Part shown: positions 32,761 to 44,092 of the stretch, one piece after another
How the letters are laid out: every line of letters starts with the position of its first letter
Position numbering within the stretch: position 1 is the first letter of the stretch
Program-made: the position numbers and the translations under genes
The notes under the pieces: generated by a model
What the model saw: only the letters and a program-made list of their open reading frames with translations
Told to the model about the DNA's origin: nothing
Database searches by the model: none
Assembly: GCA_963766715.1 (NCBI GenBank)
Contig: CAVYBH010000015.1
Coordinates: 224,001-288,000, forward strand
DNA length: 64,000 nucleotides
Reading direction: 5' to 3'
DNA from: an uncultured delta proteobacterium
Lineage (GTDB): Bacteria; Myxococcota; Myxococcia; Myxococcales; Anaeromyxobacteraceae

Positions 32761-33957
32761 ATGTCCATCCCCGCCCCCACCGTCGGAGAGCTCGCTCCTT
32801 CCGTCCGCCTCCTGCTCGGCCCCGGCCCGAGTCCCGTCCACCCGCGCGTCTACCGCGCCATGACCACCCCGCAGCTCGGCCACCTCGATCCCCAGTTCCT
32901 CGGGATCATGAACGAGGTGCAGGCCCAGCTCCGCTACGCCTTCCAGACGACGAACCCCTTCACCATCGCCGTGTCCGGAACCGGATCGGCGGGCATGGAG
33001 GCCGCGCTCGTGAACGTGGTCGAGCCCGGCGACACGGTGATCATCTGCGCCGCCGGCGTCTTCGGAAACCGCATGGCCGACATCGTCGGGCGGGCCGGAG
33101 GCAAGCTGGTGAAGCTCGAGGTCCCCTGGGGCCAGGTCTTCCCGCACGCCGCCATCGAGGAGGCCCTGAAGAAGCACGCTCCCGTGAAGGCGGTGGGCAT
33201 CGTCCACGCCGAGACCTCCACCGGCGCCCAGCAGCCCATGGACGGCCTCGGCAAGCTCTGCCACGCGCACGGCGCCCTGCTGGTGGTCGACACCGTCACC
33301 TCGCTGGGCGGCATCCCGGTGAACGTCGATGCGTGGGAGGCCGACGCCGTCTACTCCGGCACGCAGAAGTGCCTCTCCTGCCCGCCGGGCCTGGCCCCGT
33401 TCACCCTCTCGCCCCGCGCGCTGGACGTGGTGCGGGCGCGCAAGACCAAGGTCCAGTCCTGGTACCTGGACGCCGGGATGGTGGCCGACTACTGGGCGGA
33501 GGGGAAGCGCGTCTACCACCACACCGCGCCCATCACCATGGTCTATGCGCTGCGCGAGGCGCTCCGCCTCGTCGCCGAGGAGGGGCTCGAGGCCCGCTTC
33601 GCGCGCCACCAGAGGAACAGCGCCGCCCTCATCGCCGGCTTCGCGGCCCTGGGGGCGAAGCCCCTCTCCAAGGACGGCGAGCGGCTGCCCTCGCTCAACG
33701 CGGTGACGCCGCCCGAGGGCGTCGACGAGGCCGCGGTGCGCAAGTACTTGCTCAACGACCACGACATCGAGATCGGCGGCGGCCTCGGCCCGCTCGCCGG
33801 CAAGCTCTGGCGCATCGGCCTCATGGGGTTCGGATCGAGCCAGGCCAACGTGCTCGCCGTCCTCTCGGCCATCGAGCAGGGCATGAAGAAGCAGGGCAAG
33901 GCGGTCGCCCCGGGCGCCGCGGCCGCCGCCGCGCTGCGCGTCTACGAAGCCGCATGA
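32761..33957 (+). CDS. alanine-glyoxylate / serine-pyruvate aminotransferase (class V PLP)
   Basis: LLLGPGPS, SGTGSAGME, VHAETSTG, VDTVTSLGG, SGTQKCL, YHHTAP, WRIGLMG. Confidence 0.92.
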   Translation: MSIPAPTVGELAPSVRLLLGPGPSPVHPRVYRAMTTPQLGHLDPQFLGIMNEVQAQLRYAFQTTNPFTIAVSGTGSAGMEAALVNVVEPGDTVIICAAGVFGNRMADIVGRAGGKLVKLEVPWGQVFPHAAIEEALKKHAPVKAVGIVHAETSTGAQQPMDGLGKLCHAHGALLVVDTVTSLGGIPVNVDAWEADAVYSGTQKCLSCPPGLAPFTLSPRALDVVRARKTKVQSWYLDAGMVADYWAEGKRVYHHTAPITMVYALREALRLVAEEGLEARFARHQRNSAALIAGFAALGAKPLSKDGERLPSLNAVTPPEGVDEAAVRKYLLNDHDIEIGGGLGPLAGKLWRIGLMGFGSSQANVLAVLSAIEQGMKKQGKAVAPGAAAAAALRVYEAA

Positions 33958-33970
33958 CGAGGAACGACAC

Positions 33971-35437
33971 GTGAGCGCCCGCGCCTCCCTCGCCGATCTC
34001 GCCAGCCGCATGGCGGCGGTGGTGGGGGCGCGCAACTGCTTCTCGTCGGGGCCCGACCTCCTCACCTACGAGTGCGACGGGCTCACCCACGGGCGAACCC
34101 GGCCCGACCTGGTCGTGCTGCCCGGCTCCACCGAGGAGGTGGCCGCGGTGGTCCGCCTGGCGCGCGCCGCGGGACACCCCATCGTCCCGCGCGGCTCGGG
34201 CACCGGCCTCTCCGGAGGCGCCCGGCCGGTCCCCGGCTCGGTGGTGGTGGCGCTCTCCCGGATGCGCCGCATCCTCGAGACGAACCTCGAGGACGGCTGG
34301 ATCCGCGTCGAGCCGGGCGTCCTCAACCTGGACGTGACGAAGTCGGTGTCGGGCGCCGGCTACTACTACGCCCCCGACCCCTCGTCGCAGAGCATCTGCT
34401 CCATCGGCGGGAACGTCGCCGAGAACTCGGGCGGCGCCCACTGCCTCAAGTACGGCTTCACCGTGAACCACGTGCTGGGCGCCCGCGTCGTGCTGCACGA
34501 CGGGCGCGTCGTCGACATCGGCGGACCGGCGCTCGACTCGCCCGGGCACGACCTGCTCGCGGCGCTGGTGGGCAGCGAGGGGATGCTGGGCATCGTCACC
34601 GAGGTGACGCTGCGGCTGCTCCGCAAGCCGGAGGCCACCCGGACGTTCTTCGCCACCTTCCCCTCCACCGACGAGGGGGGCGAGGCGGTCTCGCGCATCA
34701 TCGCCGCGGGCATCCTCCCCGCCGCCATCGAGATGATGGACCGGCTCGCCATCGTGGCCGCCAAGGCCGCCACCGGGCTCGACTGGCCCGACGTGGGCGC
34801 GGCGCTGCTCATGGACGCCGACGGGCCGGCGGCCGAGGTGGAGGACCTCTCCGCCCGCGCCGTCCGCATCGCCCGGGAGGCGGGAGCGCTCGAGCTGCGG
34901 CTCCCGCGGAGCGAGGCCGAGCGGCAGCTCATGTGGAAGGGGCGCAAGAGCGCCTTCGCCGCGGTGGGGCGCATCTCGCCCAACTACCTGGTGGAGGACG
35001 GCACCATCCCCCGCTCCGAGATCGCACCCGTGCTGCGCGAGATCGAGGGCATGGCGAAGGACCACGGCCTGCGCGTGGCCAACGTCTTCCACGCCGGCGA
35101 CGGCAACCTCCACCCGCTCGTCCTCTACGACGCCCGGGAGAGCGGCCAGGAGGAGCGGGCCGAGCACCTGGGCGGCGAGATCCTGCGCATGTGCGTGCGG
35201 CGCGGCGGCTCCATCACCGGCGAGCACGGCGTGGGCGCCGAGAAGGCCGCCTACATGGCCGACATGTACGGCGAGGCCGACCTCGAGACCATGAAGTGGG
35301 TGCGCGCCGCCTTCGACCCGGCGGAGGCCTTCAACCCGGGCAAGGTCTTCCCCTCGCTGCGGCTGTGCGGCGAGAAGCCCGGTCCCGGCGGCGTGGAGCA
35401 CCCCGCCGTGCGATCCGGCGAGGTGCAGCGATGGTGA
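33971..35437 (+). CDS. glcD: glycolate oxidase FAD subunit
   Basis: [62 protein letters not shown]. Confidence 0.9.
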   Translation: MSARASLADLASRMAAVVGARNCFSSGPDLLTYECDGLTHGRTRPDLVVLPGSTEEVAAVVRLARAAGHPIVPRGSGTGLSGGARPVPGSVVVALSRMRRILETNLEDGWIRVEPGVLNLDVTKSVSGAGYYYAPDPSSQSICSIGGNVAENSGGAHCLKYGFTVNHVLGARVVLHDGRVVDIGGPALDSPGHDLLAALVGSEGMLGIVTEVTLRLLRKPEATRTFFATFPSTDEGGEAVSRIIAAGILPAAIEMMDRLAIVAAKAATGLDWPDVGAALLMDADGPAAEVEDLSARAVRIAREAGALELRLPRSEAERQLMWKGRKSAFAAVGRISPNYLVEDGTIPRSEIAPVLREIEGMAKDHGLRVANVFHAGDGNLHPLVLYDARESGQEERAEHLGGEILRMCVRRGGSITGEHGVGAEKAAYMADMYGEADLETMKWVRAAFDPAEAFNPGKVFPSLRLCGEKPGPGGVEHPAVRSGEVQRW

Positions 35438-36672
35438 CGCCCGGACGCCCCGGGACCCCGGCCGACGCCGTCCAGGGCGTGGTCCCGGGCCTCGTCCTCG
35501 AGCCGGCCACGGTCGAGGAGGCGGTCGAGGCCATGGCCCGCGCGGCCGCCGAGAGGAAGGCGCTCGCCTTCGTGGGCGGCGGCACCGACCTGGGCCTGGG
35601 CAGCCGCCCGTCGCGCCTCGACGCGGTGATCCGGACCGGCGCCCTGTCGCGGCTGGTCGACCACGCGCCCGCCGACCAGGTGGTCACCGCCGAGGCCGGC
35701 ATGACGCTCTCCGCGCTCGCCGAGGTGCTCGCCCGCCACGGCCAGCGGCTCGCCCTCGACGCGCCTTACCCGGGCCGGGCCACCGTGGGGGGCGTGGTGG
35801 CGGCCAACGCCTTCGGCCCGCGGCGGGCCCGCTACGGCGCCGCCCGCGACCTCGTCCTGGGCGTCGCCCTCGTCCGCGCCGACGGGACGGCCGTGCGCGG
35901 AGGCTCCAAGGTGGTGAAGAACGTGGCCGGCTTCGACCTGCCGCGCCTCATGGTGGGCTCGCTCGGGACGCTCGCGTTGCTCACCCAGGTGACCTTCCGC
36001 CTGCACCCGCTCCCGGAGACCGCGGGCACGGTGCTCTTCCCGGGGCTCGACGCCGGCCAGGCCTGGTCGCTGGCCTCCGGCTGGCGGGCGGCGCAGCTCG
36101 AGCCCACCTCCTCGGCGGGGATCTTCGCCTCGGACCGGCTCGACCTGGGGGTCCGCTTCGAGGGGTTCGAGGCCGGCGTGGCCGACCAGGCGACGCGGCT
36201 CCTCGAGCTGGGGCGGAAGGCCGGGCTCTCCGGCGAGCGGCTCGACGCCGCCGGGGCCGAGGCCTTCTGGCGCCGGCACGACGCGGTCCGGGAGCTCGGT
36301 TCGCTGCGGGTGAAGGTCACCGCGCCCCCCTCGCGCCTCCCCGACATGGCGCGGGGCTGGCTCCCGCTGGTCCTCTCCGAGCTCTCCCCGTCGTCCGCGG
36401 TCGTCTACCCCACGCTGGGCATCGGCTTCGCCTCCGGCGAGCCCGCCTCCCCCGCCTCCCCGGCCGGCCTGGCCGCGGCGCTGCGCGAGGCCAGGGTCGC
36501 GGCGGCGGCGACGGGCGGGGCCCTCGTCCTCTGCGAGGCCCCCGTCGCGGTCCGGGGGGCGTTCGACCCCTGGGGCGCGGCGCCCGCGTCCATCGACCTC
36601 ATGCGCGCGCTGAAGGAGCGCTTCGACCCCGATCGCCGGCTCGCGCCCGGCCGCTTCGTGGGGGGGATCTGA
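35431..36672 (+). CDS. glcE: glycolate oxidase FAD-binding subunit
   Basis: [46 protein letters not shown]. Confidence 0.88.
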   Translation: MVTPGRPGTPADAVQGVVPGLVLEPATVEEAVEAMARAAAERKALAFVGGGTDLGLGSRPSRLDAVIRTGALSRLVDHAPADQVVTAEAGMTLSALAEVLARHGQRLALDAPYPGRATVGGVVAANAFGPRRARYGAARDLVLGVALVRADGTAVRGGSKVVKNVAGFDLPRLMVGSLGTLALLTQVTFRLHPLPETAGTVLFPGLDAGQAWSLASGWRAAQLEPTSSAGIFASDRLDLGVRFEGFEAGVADQATRLLELGRKAGLSGERLDAAGAEAFWRRHDAVRELGSLRVKVTAPPSRLPDMARGWLPLVLSELSPSSAVVYPTLGIGFASGEPASPASPAGLAAALREARVAAAATGGALVLCEAPVAVRGAFDPWGAAPASIDLMRALKERFDPDRRLAPGRFVGGI

Positions 36673-37949
36673 TGTCCGGCCGCCACCCCGCCCTCGACTG
36701 CGTCCACTGTGGATTCTGCCTCCCCGTCTGCCCGACCTGGGTGGCGTGGGGCCGCGAGCCCGACTCGCCGCGCGGCCGCATCGAGATCGCGAAGGCCATG
36801 CTGGACGGGGCGACGCCCACGCCGGACATGGTGCAGCACCTCGACTCCTGCCTCGGCTGCATGGCCTGCCTGGCGGCCTGCCCGTCGGGCGTCCGCTACG
36901 ACGTGGTCATCGAGGAGGCCCGCGCGAAGGTCGAGGCGGCGCACGTTCGAACGAGCGCCGACGCGAGCCGGCGCTCCGCCATCTTCTCCCTCTTCCCCTA
37001 CCCCGGCCGCCTGCGGGTGGCGGCGGTGTTCCTCTGGCTGTGGCAGGTGACCGGCCTGCGCTGGCTCACCCGGGCCACCGGGCTCACGCGCCTCCTCCCC
37101 TTCCTGGGGCGGCTCGACTCGCTCGCCCCGGCCCTGGGCCTCTCCGAGGTGACCTCGCGCCTCCCGGTCGCCACGCTCGCCACCGGCGCGAGACGCGGCC
37201 GGGTGGCGCTGGTGGGCGGCTGCGTGCAGCGGGTCTTCTTCCCCGGCGTGAACGAGTCCACGCTCCGGGTGCTCGCCGCCGAGGGCTTCGAGGTGATCGT
37301 GCCCGCCGGCCAGGGGTGCTGCGGCGCGCTCTCGGTGCACGCCGGCCGCGACGAGGAGGCCAGGGCGATGACCCGGGCGCTCGTCGAGCACCTCGAGGCG
37401 TCCGGCGCCGACACCTTCCTCGTGAACGCCGCCGGCTGCGGCTCCCACCTGAAGGACCTGGCGCACCTGTTCCGCGACGACCCGGCCTGGCGCGATCGGG
37501 CCGTGGCCTTCTCCGGGAAGGTGAAGGACGTCACCGAGTTCCTGGCCGCGGTGACCGCGCGCGCCGAGCGCCACCCCATTCCAGCCCGGGTCGCCTATCA
37601 CTCTCCGTGTCACCTGGGCCACGCCCAGGGCATCCAGGACCCGCCCCGGGCGCTCCTCCGCGCCATCCCGGGGCTGGAGCTCGTCGAGGTCCCCGAGGGC
37701 GACCAGTGCTGCGGCAGCGCCGGCATCTACAACCTCACCCAGGTCGAGGCCGCCGACGAGCTGGGGGCGCGAAAGGCCGCGAACGTGCTCGCCACGAAGG
37801 CTCCCTTCCTGGCGAGCGCCAACCCGGGCTGCACCCTTCAAGTCCTGCGGGTCCTTCGCGAGAAGGGCGCCTCGATCCAGGCCGCCCACCCCATCGAGAT
37901 CCTCGACGCGTCGATCCAGGGGAAGCCCTTCCCGCACGGGCGTTCCTGA
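36672..37949 (+). CDS. glcF: glycolate oxidase Fe-S subunit
   Basis: CVHCGFCLPVCPT, DSPRGRI, CLGCMACLAACPSG, two CCG domains, CCGSAGIYN. Confidence 0.9.
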   Translation: MSGRHPALDCVHCGFCLPVCPTWVAWGREPDSPRGRIEIAKAMLDGATPTPDMVQHLDSCLGCMACLAACPSGVRYDVVIEEARAKVEAAHVRTSADASRRSAIFSLFPYPGRLRVAAVFLWLWQVTGLRWLTRATGLTRLLPFLGRLDSLAPALGLSEVTSRLPVATLATGARRGRVALVGGCVQRVFFPGVNESTLRVLAAEGFEVIVPAGQGCCGALSVHAGRDEEARAMTRALVEHLEASGADTFLVNAAGCGSHLKDLAHLFRDDPAWRDRAVAFSGKVKDVTEFLAAVTARAERHPIPARVAYHSPCHLGHAQGIQDPPRALLRAIPGLELVEVPEGDQCCGSAGIYNLTQVEAADELGARKAANVLATKAPFLASANPGCTLQVLRVLREKGASIQAAHPIEILDASIQGKPFPHGRS

Positions 37950-38023
37950 TCCTCCTCCTCCCCGTGCCGCGCCCGCCCTCCCCGGATAGATCCCGGGGAG
38001 TCGCCGCTCGAAAGGAGCACCAC

Positions 38024-38431
38024 GTGAAGCTCTTCCTCGCCGCCTTGATCCTCTCCTCCGCCCTCCCTGCCCTGGCCCAGGCGCCGGCTGCTCCGGCAGC
38101 GCCCGCACCGTCCGCCGCCGCCCCGGCGGTGAAGCCCGGGAAGGTCGACGGCGCGACCGCCAAGGCCCTCGTCGCCGCCGGCGCGAAGGTGGTGGACGTC
38201 CGCACGCCGGACGAGTTCGCCTACGGGCACGTGCCGGGCGCCCTCAACATCCCGTTCGACGAGATCGGGAAGCGCACCGCCGAGATCGGGCCGGCCTCCA
38301 CGCCGGTGGTGCTCTACTGCCGCTCGGGACACCGCAGCGGCATCGCCGTGGAGACGCTCTCCAAGGCCGGGTACGGGAAGCTCTACGACCTCCAGAGCGT
38401 GACCCACTGGCCGGGGCCGCTCGCGAAGTGA
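38024..38431 (+). CDS. secreted rhodanese-like protein
   Basis: Signal peptide and Ala/Pro linker; VDVRTPDEF, GHVPGALNIP, LYCRSGHRS. Confidence 0.85.
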   Translation: MKLFLAALILSSALPALAQAPAAPAAPAPSAAAPAVKPGKVDGATAKALVAAGAKVVDVRTPDEFAYGHVPGALNIPFDEIGKRTAEIGPASTPVVLYCRSGHRSGIAVETLSKAGYGKLYDLQSVTHWPGPLAK

Positions 38432-39301
38432 TCGCCGCCGCCCTCGCCGCGCTGCTCGTCACGGCGCCCCCGGCCGCCGGCGTCCGGCAGGGCACGGTGC
38501 GCGCCGAGGACGGGGTCTCGATCGCCTACGACGTGCGCGGCCAGGGGAAGGTGGCGGTCGTCCTCCTCCACTGCTGGGCCTGCGACCGGGGGTTCTGGCG
38601 CGACCAGGTGGACGTGCTGGCCCGGCGGTACCGGGTGGTGACCATCGACATGGCCGGTCACGGCGACTCGGGCGCGGACCGGGCGCGGTGGACCGTCGCC
38701 GGGCTGGGGGGCGACGTGCAGGCGGTGGTGCTCGCGCTGAAGCTCGACCGGGTGGTGCTGGTGGGCCACTCCATGGGCGGCGCCGTGGCGCTGGACGCCG
38801 CTCGCCGCATGCCGGGCCGCGTGGCCGGGATCGTGGCCGTCGACTCGCTCCACGACGTGGAGAAGCCGGTGCCCCGCGAGACCGCCGAGAAGCTCGCCGC
38901 GCTCTACGAGGAGGACTTCCCGGGCACCATGTCCTCCATGGTCCACCGGATGTTCCCGCCGTCGACCGACCCGGCCATCGTGGAGTTCGTCGTCCGCCGC
39001 GCCTCCGCCGCGCGCCCGGTCCCGGCCGTCGCGCTGCTCCGCGACTACCCCGGCCTCGACCTGGCCCGCTGGATGGAGGCGGCCGGCGTCCCGGTGCGGG
39101 CCATCCAGTCCGGGCCCCCGCTCTCCCCGGTCACGAAGATCGGCACGAACCGCAAGCACGGCAGCTACGACGCGTCCTTCATGGACGGCGTGGGCCACTA
39201 CCCGATGCTGGAGCGCCCGGCCGAGTTCAACCGACGCCTGGAGGCGGCGGTGGCCGAGGTGCTCGCCCTGGCCCCCGCGAAGCCCGTACCCTTCGCGCTA
39301 G
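38428..39301 (+). CDS. secreted alpha/beta hydrolase (3' end frameshifted)
   Basis: LLHCWACD, DMAGHGDS, GHSMGG, GHYPMLERP. A TAG at 39299-39301 is one base out of frame. Confidence 0.8.
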
Positions 39302-39305
39302 GCGC

Positions 39306-41837
39306 CTATCGCTCGCGCAGCCAGGCGGGCCTCACCGCCTTCAGGATCTCGAACCAGGCCAGGCTCCCCAGCCCCACCGCCGCGGCCAGGCCCAGGTCGT
39401 GGAGGTCGACGGTCCCGAAGCGGAAGAGGTTCCGGAAGAACGGGACGGCGAGCGCGAGCGCGAGCGTCGCCACGGCGCCCGCGATCACCGCCCAGGCGGC
39501 CAGGTTGCGGGCGGAGAGGATCGAGAGGACGCTTCCCCGCCAGGTCCGGTTCACCAGGATGAGCCCGGCGTTGCCGGCGATGAGCGTGGTGAAGGCCATG
39601 GCCCGGGCCGACGCGTCCGCCCCGGTGTGGGCGAGCCCGAGGCGGAAGGCGAAGAGCGTGGCGGCGAGCAGGCTGGCGCCCTGCAGGATCGACACGACCA
39701 GCATGCGCCGGTCGAAGAGCGGCGCGTCGACGCGGCGAGGGGGGCGCCGCATGAGGTCCGGGTCGCCGGGCTCGGCCTCGAAGGCCATCGAGCAGGCCGG
39801 ATCGATGATGAGCTCCAGGAAGACGATGTGGACCGGGAAGAGGATCATGGGCCACCCGAGGAGGAGCGGCAGGAGCGCCAGCCCGGCGGTGGGCACGTGC
39901 ACCGCGAGCACGTAGCCCATGGCGCGCCGGAGGTTGTCGTGGATGCGGCGGCCGAGCCGGATCGCGCCGACGATGGAGGTGAAGTCGTCGTCGGTGACGA
40001 TGAGGGCGGCCGCCTCGCGGGCCACGTCGGTGCCGCGCCCGCCCATGGCCACCCCGATGTCGGCCGCCTTGAGCGCCGGCGCGTCGTTCACGCCGTCGCC
40101 GGTCATGGCGACGATCTCCCCGTCGGCCCGCAGCGCCTGCACCAGCTTCAGCTTCTGCTCGGGGACCACGCGGGCGAAGATCTCGGCGCCGCGGACCCGC
40201 GCGGCCAGGTCCTCCGGCGGGAGCGATTCCAGATCCGCGCCCGTCAGGACCTCGGCGGGGTGCAGCCCCACCTGCCGTCCGATGGCGCGGGCGGTGTCGG
40301 GCGAGTCCCCGGTGATCATGACCACGCGCACGCCGGCGCCCTCGCACTCGGCGACGGCCGCCGGCACGCCCGGGCGCACCGGGTCGGCCAGGCCCACCAG
40401 CCCCACCAGCCGGAAGTCGAAGTCGTGCTGCGCCGCCGGGAGCGGACCGTCGACCAGGTCGGCCCGCGCCACCGCCAGCACGCGAAGCCCGTCCGCTCCC
40501 ATCTCCGCGGCGTGCGCCCGCATCTCCGCCGCGGCCGCCGCGTCGAGGTGGCAGAGGTCGGCGATGGCCTCGGCGGCGCCCTTGGCCGCCACCACCCGGA
40601 CGCCTCCCTCGGCGGCGTCCCAGACCTGCGCCATGGCGAGCAGCCCGGGCGAGAGCGGGTACTCCCGGAGCAGCGTCCACCGGTCGTGAACGTGCGGGGT
40701 TCCCTGGAGGGCGGCGGCGGCGAGACGGTGGAAGGCCTGCTCCATGGGGTCGAAGGGATCGCGCTGGCTGGCGAGCAGCCCGAACTCGACCACCTCGTGG
40801 ACCTCCTCCGGGAGGGAGGGCTCGTCGACGACGTGCAGGAAGCCCGGCGACCAGATCCGGGCCACGCCCATGCGGTTCTCGGTGAGCGTGCCGGTCTTGT
40901 CGGTGCAGAGCACGGTGGCGGCGCCGAGCGCCTCCACCGCCGGCAGCCGGCGCGTGAGGACCCGGTTCCGGGAGATGCGCCAGGCCCCCATGGCCATGAA
41001 GATGGTGAGGACGACGGGGAACTCCTCCGGCAGGACCGCCATGGCGAGCGCGATCCCGGCCAGGAAGCCCTGGAGCCACTCGCCGCGGGAGAGGCCGTGG
41101 ATCAGCACCAGCGCGATGCACGCCGTCCCGCCGAGAGCCGCGACGATGCGCACGAGGCGCGAGACCTCGACCTGGAGCGGAGAGCGCCCCAGGTCGATGG
41201 AGGCCAGCGCAGTCCCGATCCGCCCCATCTCCGTGCGCGCCCCGGTGGCCTCGACCACCGCGAGACCGTGCCCCCGGACCACGAGCGTGCCGGCGTAGGC
41301 GAAGGGCAGGTCGTCGCCGCCCGGCCTCGCCAGCGGGGCAGGACCGACCGCGACGCGCTTGCGCACCGGGACCGACTCGCCGGTGAGGAGCGACTCGTCG
41401 GCCTCGACGTGGGTGGCCTCGACGAGGACCGCGTCGGCCGCCACCCGGTCTCCCTCGGCGAGGACGAGCAGGTCGCCTCGGACCACCTCGCGCCCGGGGA
41501 TCCGCACCCGCTCCCCGTCCCGGACGACGAGCGCCCGGGGGCTCGAGAGGTCGCGCAGCGCGGCCAGCGCCCGCTCGGTCTTCCGCTCCTGCACGAGCGT
41601 GATCCCCACGACCACGAGGGCGGAGAAGAGGAGCGCGAGCGCCTCCTCGGTGTCCCCGAGCAGGAGGTAGACCCCGCCCGCCGCGAGCAGCAGGGCGAGC
41701 ATCGGCTCCTTCACGACGTCGGCGACGGCGCGGAGGATCCCGCGGGGCGCGTCCCGGGACAGCTCGTTCGGCCCGTCGGCGGCGAGGCGAGCCGCCGCCT
41801 CGGCCCCGGTGAGCCCCCTCTCCCCCGGCGCGCCCAT
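39306..41837 (-). CDS. cation-translocating P-type ATPase (P2-like)
   Basis: TGES, PEEFP, DKTGT, KGAAE, DP, MITGD, TGDGVND. Confidence 0.92.
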   Translation of the reverse strand: MGAPGERGLTGAEAAARLAADGPNELSRDAPRGILRAVADVVKEPMLALLLAAGGVYLLLGDTEEALALLFSALVVVGITLVQERKTERALAALRDLSSPRALVVRDGERVRIPGREVVRGDLLVLAEGDRVAADAVLVEATHVEADESLLTGESVPVRKRVAVGPAPLARPGGDDLPFAYAGTLVVRGHGLAVVEATGARTEMGRIGTALASIDLGRSPLQVEVSRLVRIVAALGGTACIALVLIHGLSRGEWLQGFLAGIALAMAVLPEEFPVVLTIFMAMGAWRISRNRVLTRRLPAVEALGAATVLCTDKTGTLTENRMGVARIWSPGFLHVVDEPSLPEEVHEVVEFGLLASQRDPFDPMEQAFHRLAAAALQGTPHVHDRWTLLREYPLSPGLLAMAQVWDAAEGGVRVVAAKGAAEAIADLCHLDAAAAAEMRAHAAEMGADGLRVLAVARADLVDGPLPAAQHDFDFRLVGLVGLADPVRPGVPAAVAECEGAGVRVVMITGDSPDTARAIGRQVGLHPAEVLTGADLESLPPEDLAARVRGAEIFARVVPEQKLKLVQALRADGEIVAMTGDGVNDAPALKAADIGVAMGGRGTDVAREAAALIVTDDDFTSIVGAIRLGRRIHDNLRRAMGYVLAVHVPTAGLALLPLLLGWPMILFPVHIVFLELIIDPACSMAFEAEPGDPDLMRRPPRRVDAPLFDRRMLVVSILQGASLLAATLFAFRLGLAHTGADASARAMAFTTLIAGNAGLILVNRTWRGSVLSILSARNLAAWAVIAGAVATLALALAVPFFRNLFRFGTVDLHDLGLAAAVGLGSLAWFEILKAVRPAWLRER

Positions 41838-41878
41838 GCATCGAGCCTACGCCTCGGCGGCGCGAGGAGAAGCCCCGT

Positions 41879-42580
41879 TCAGCGCTCGGCCCGGATGGGC
41901 ACTCCCTGGGCGCGGTAGGCGACGTACTCCCCCTCCGGGGTCTGCCAGCTCGCCTCGAGCCGCGTGGGCAGGCGCAATCCCTCCCACAGGACGGGTTCGC
42001 CCATGCGACCCGACCAGGGGCGTTCGATGAACTTTCTCCCATGAAGGGCGGGGCGCACCGCCCGCATGGCGACCGGGTCGCCCTCGCCGCCCATCTCCAG
42101 CTCCACCGTGGCCCCGCCGGGGCCGCCGGAGTCCCGGAGGCGCAGCCAGCGACCGCCCGCCGAGGAGGCCTCGAGGCGGGGATGGAGGAGCAGCGCGACC
42201 GGGCAGCGCCCCAGGTCGGCGAGGTAGCGCTGGACCTGGCCGCGGTCCATCTCCGGCCCCTCCACGCGGGCCACCGGCACGAGCCCGGCGGCGCGGGCCG
42301 TCGACCAGCCGTGGCCGTCGTCGCAGGCGTCGGTGACCGCGGTCCGGCCGAGGAGCCCGGTGGCCAGCATGGCCTCCCAGCGGAACGAGGTTCGCGCGGC
42401 CTCGGTCCGGTGACGGGCAGTGAAGGGGATCCAGCGGGCCCGGGGAGCGCTGCGGAGCTCCCCCTTCTCGGTCCACTCGACGGCGCGGATCGCGCGCGCG
42501 GCCTCCTCCCCGCCGGGGAAGGCCCGGGCGCGCCAGGCGGCCAGCAGGGACTCGGCGGCGGGGTCGAGGGCCAGCATCAC
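41879..42580 (-). CDS. conserved hypothetical protein (DUF6544-like)
   Basis: WIPFTARH, FRWEA, QRYLADL...P, PWSG pattern; family recalled from memory, not searched. Confidence 0.5.
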   Translation of the reverse strand: MMLALDPAAESLLAAWRARAFPGGEEAARAIRAVEWTEKGELRSAPRARWIPFTARHRTEAARTSFRWEAMLATGLLGRTAVTDACDDGHGWSTARAAGLVPVARVEGPEMDRGQVQRYLADLGRCPVALLLHPRLEASSAGGRWLRLRDSGGPGGATVELEMGGEGDPVAMRAVRPALHGRKFIERPWSGRMGEPVLWEGLRLPTRLEASWQTPEGEYVAYRAQGVPIRAER

Positions 42581-42598
42581 GCCGGCAGCCTACCTCGA

Positions 42599-43078
42599 CT
42601 ACTCCTCCTCTTCCTTCATCTGCTGGGCGAGGTAGTTCTGCTCCCCCACCTGGGCCACCAGCGTGAGCTGGGCCTCCAGCCAGTCGGCGTGCTCCTCCTC
42701 GTCGACCAGGATCTCCTCGAGGAGCTCGGCGGTGCCGTTGTCGCCCTTGTCGCGGCAGAGGGCGATGCCGGCGTTGAGCACCGGGATGGCGCGCTTCTCG
42801 AGGGCGAGGTCGCTCTTCAGCTGCTCGACCACGGTCTCGCCGATCTCGAGCTTGCCGAGCTTCTGGAGGTTGGGCAGGCCGTCCAGGTAGAGGATGCGCT
42901 GGATCACCTGGTCGGCGTGCTTCATCTCGTCGATCGACTCGGCGCGGACCTTCTTCCAGAGCCGCTCGTAGCCCCAGTTCTCGCACATGCGCGCGTGCAG
43001 GAAGTACTGGTTGATGGCGGTGAGCTCGTTCGTGAGCACGTCGTTCAGGAGCGCGAGGACCTTGACGTCACCCTTCAT
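42599..43078 (-). CDS. bfr: bacterioferritin
   Basis: MKGDVKV...[40 protein letters not shown]. Confidence 0.95.
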   Translation of the reverse strand: MKGDVKVLALLNDVLTNELTAINQYFLHARMCENWGYERLWKKVRAESIDEMKHADQVIQRILYLDGLPNLQKLGKLEIGETVVEQLKSDLALEKRAIPVLNAGIALCRDKGDNGTAELLEEILVDEEEHADWLEAQLTLVAQVGEQNYLAQQMKEEEE

Positions 43079-43094
43079 GGTGTTCCTCCTCCGA

Positions 43095-43328
43095 TCAGGC
43101 GGCGACGAGGCCGCGGGCGTCCTCGGCGTGTAACGCGCCCGGGCAGCCCGCGCACGGCGTGGAGCGGCAGGGGCGCTTCGCGGCCACGATCCGCTCCACC
43201 TCCTCGGCGCAGCAACCGCAGTCGGTGGTGACGCCGGTGAGCCGGACCACCTCGTCGAGGGAGCGCCCGGACTCCACGGCCCGGTGGAGTTCCCGGTCGG
43301 AGACGGCGCGGCAGGAGCAAACGATCAT
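43095..43328 (-). CDS. bfd: bacterioferritin-associated ferredoxin
   Basis: [11 protein letters not shown]...TDCGCC, directly upstream of bfr. Confidence 0.85.
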   Translation of the reverse strand: MIVCSCRAVSDRELHRAVESGRSLDEVVRLTGVTTDCGCCAEEVERIVAAKRPCRSTPCAGCPGALHAEDARGLVAA

Positions 43329-43367
43329 GTCATCCTCCGGCCGGCAACCCGGCCGCTGTTTCAATCT

Positions 43368-43382
43368 TGATAATCATTATCA
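43368..43382. promoter_or_regulatory. Fur box
   Basis: TGATAAT-C-ATTATCA, a perfect 7-1-7 inverted repeat in an AT-rich patch. Confidence 0.88.
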
Positions 43383-43443
43383 GAATGAACCGGCCCCTGC
43401 AAGGGCTCCTTCGCGCGGGCCCCGGACCGCCTAGAATCCGCGC

Positions 43444-44080
43444 ATGAGCGAGTTTCCGAAGGACCTCTTCACCGAGCCGGACGTCGACCCCGACACGCTG
43501 GCGAACCTGGGCCCGCTCGCCGGCATGGCCGGGATCTGGGAGGGGACGAAGGGCTCGGACGACCACCCGGTCGCGGAGGGAACCGAGAACGACGCGTACG
43601 TGGAGCACTACGAGCTCCAGCCCATCGACGGCCAGACCAACGGCCCGCCAGCTCTTCTACGGGCTCCGCTACCACACGCACATCGTGAAGCCGGGCGAGG
43701 TCCAGACCTTCCACGACCAGGTGGGCTACTGGCTCTGGGAGCCGGCCACGAGGACCGTCTACCAGACCCTGGCCATTCCCCGCGGGCAGGTGGCGATGGC
43801 GTCGGGCACCGCCGAGCCGGACGCCAGGCGCTTCACGATCCGCGCCCAGCGGGGCAGCACGGTGAACGGCATCTGCTCGAACCCGTTCCTGGAGTACGGG
43901 TACCGGACGACCGACTGGTCGATCGCCGTCTCGGTGAACGCCGACGGGACCTTCTCCTACGAGCAGGAGACCGTGCTCGTGATCCCGGGACGGGCCGAGC
44001 CCTACCGGCACGTCGACCGGAACACGCTCCGGCGAATCGCCCCGCCCACGCCCAATCCCACGGCGCGCGGCAAGCGCTGA
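43444..44080 (+). CDS. FABP/nitrobindin-like heme-binding beta-barrel protein, frameshift near 43645
   Basis: LGPLAGMAGIWEG, QTNGP, YGLRYH, FHDQVGYWLWEP, IPRGQ, C-terminal HVDRNTL. Confidence 0.75.
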
Positions 44081-44092
44081 AGGCCGCCGCGG

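Noticed and set aside
38428..39915. Alpha/beta hydrolase ORF overlapping the P-type ATPase by 600 nt
   Set aside because: The hydrolase domain ends near 39270 and a TAG at 39299 is one base off frame, so the extension is probably an indel artefact.
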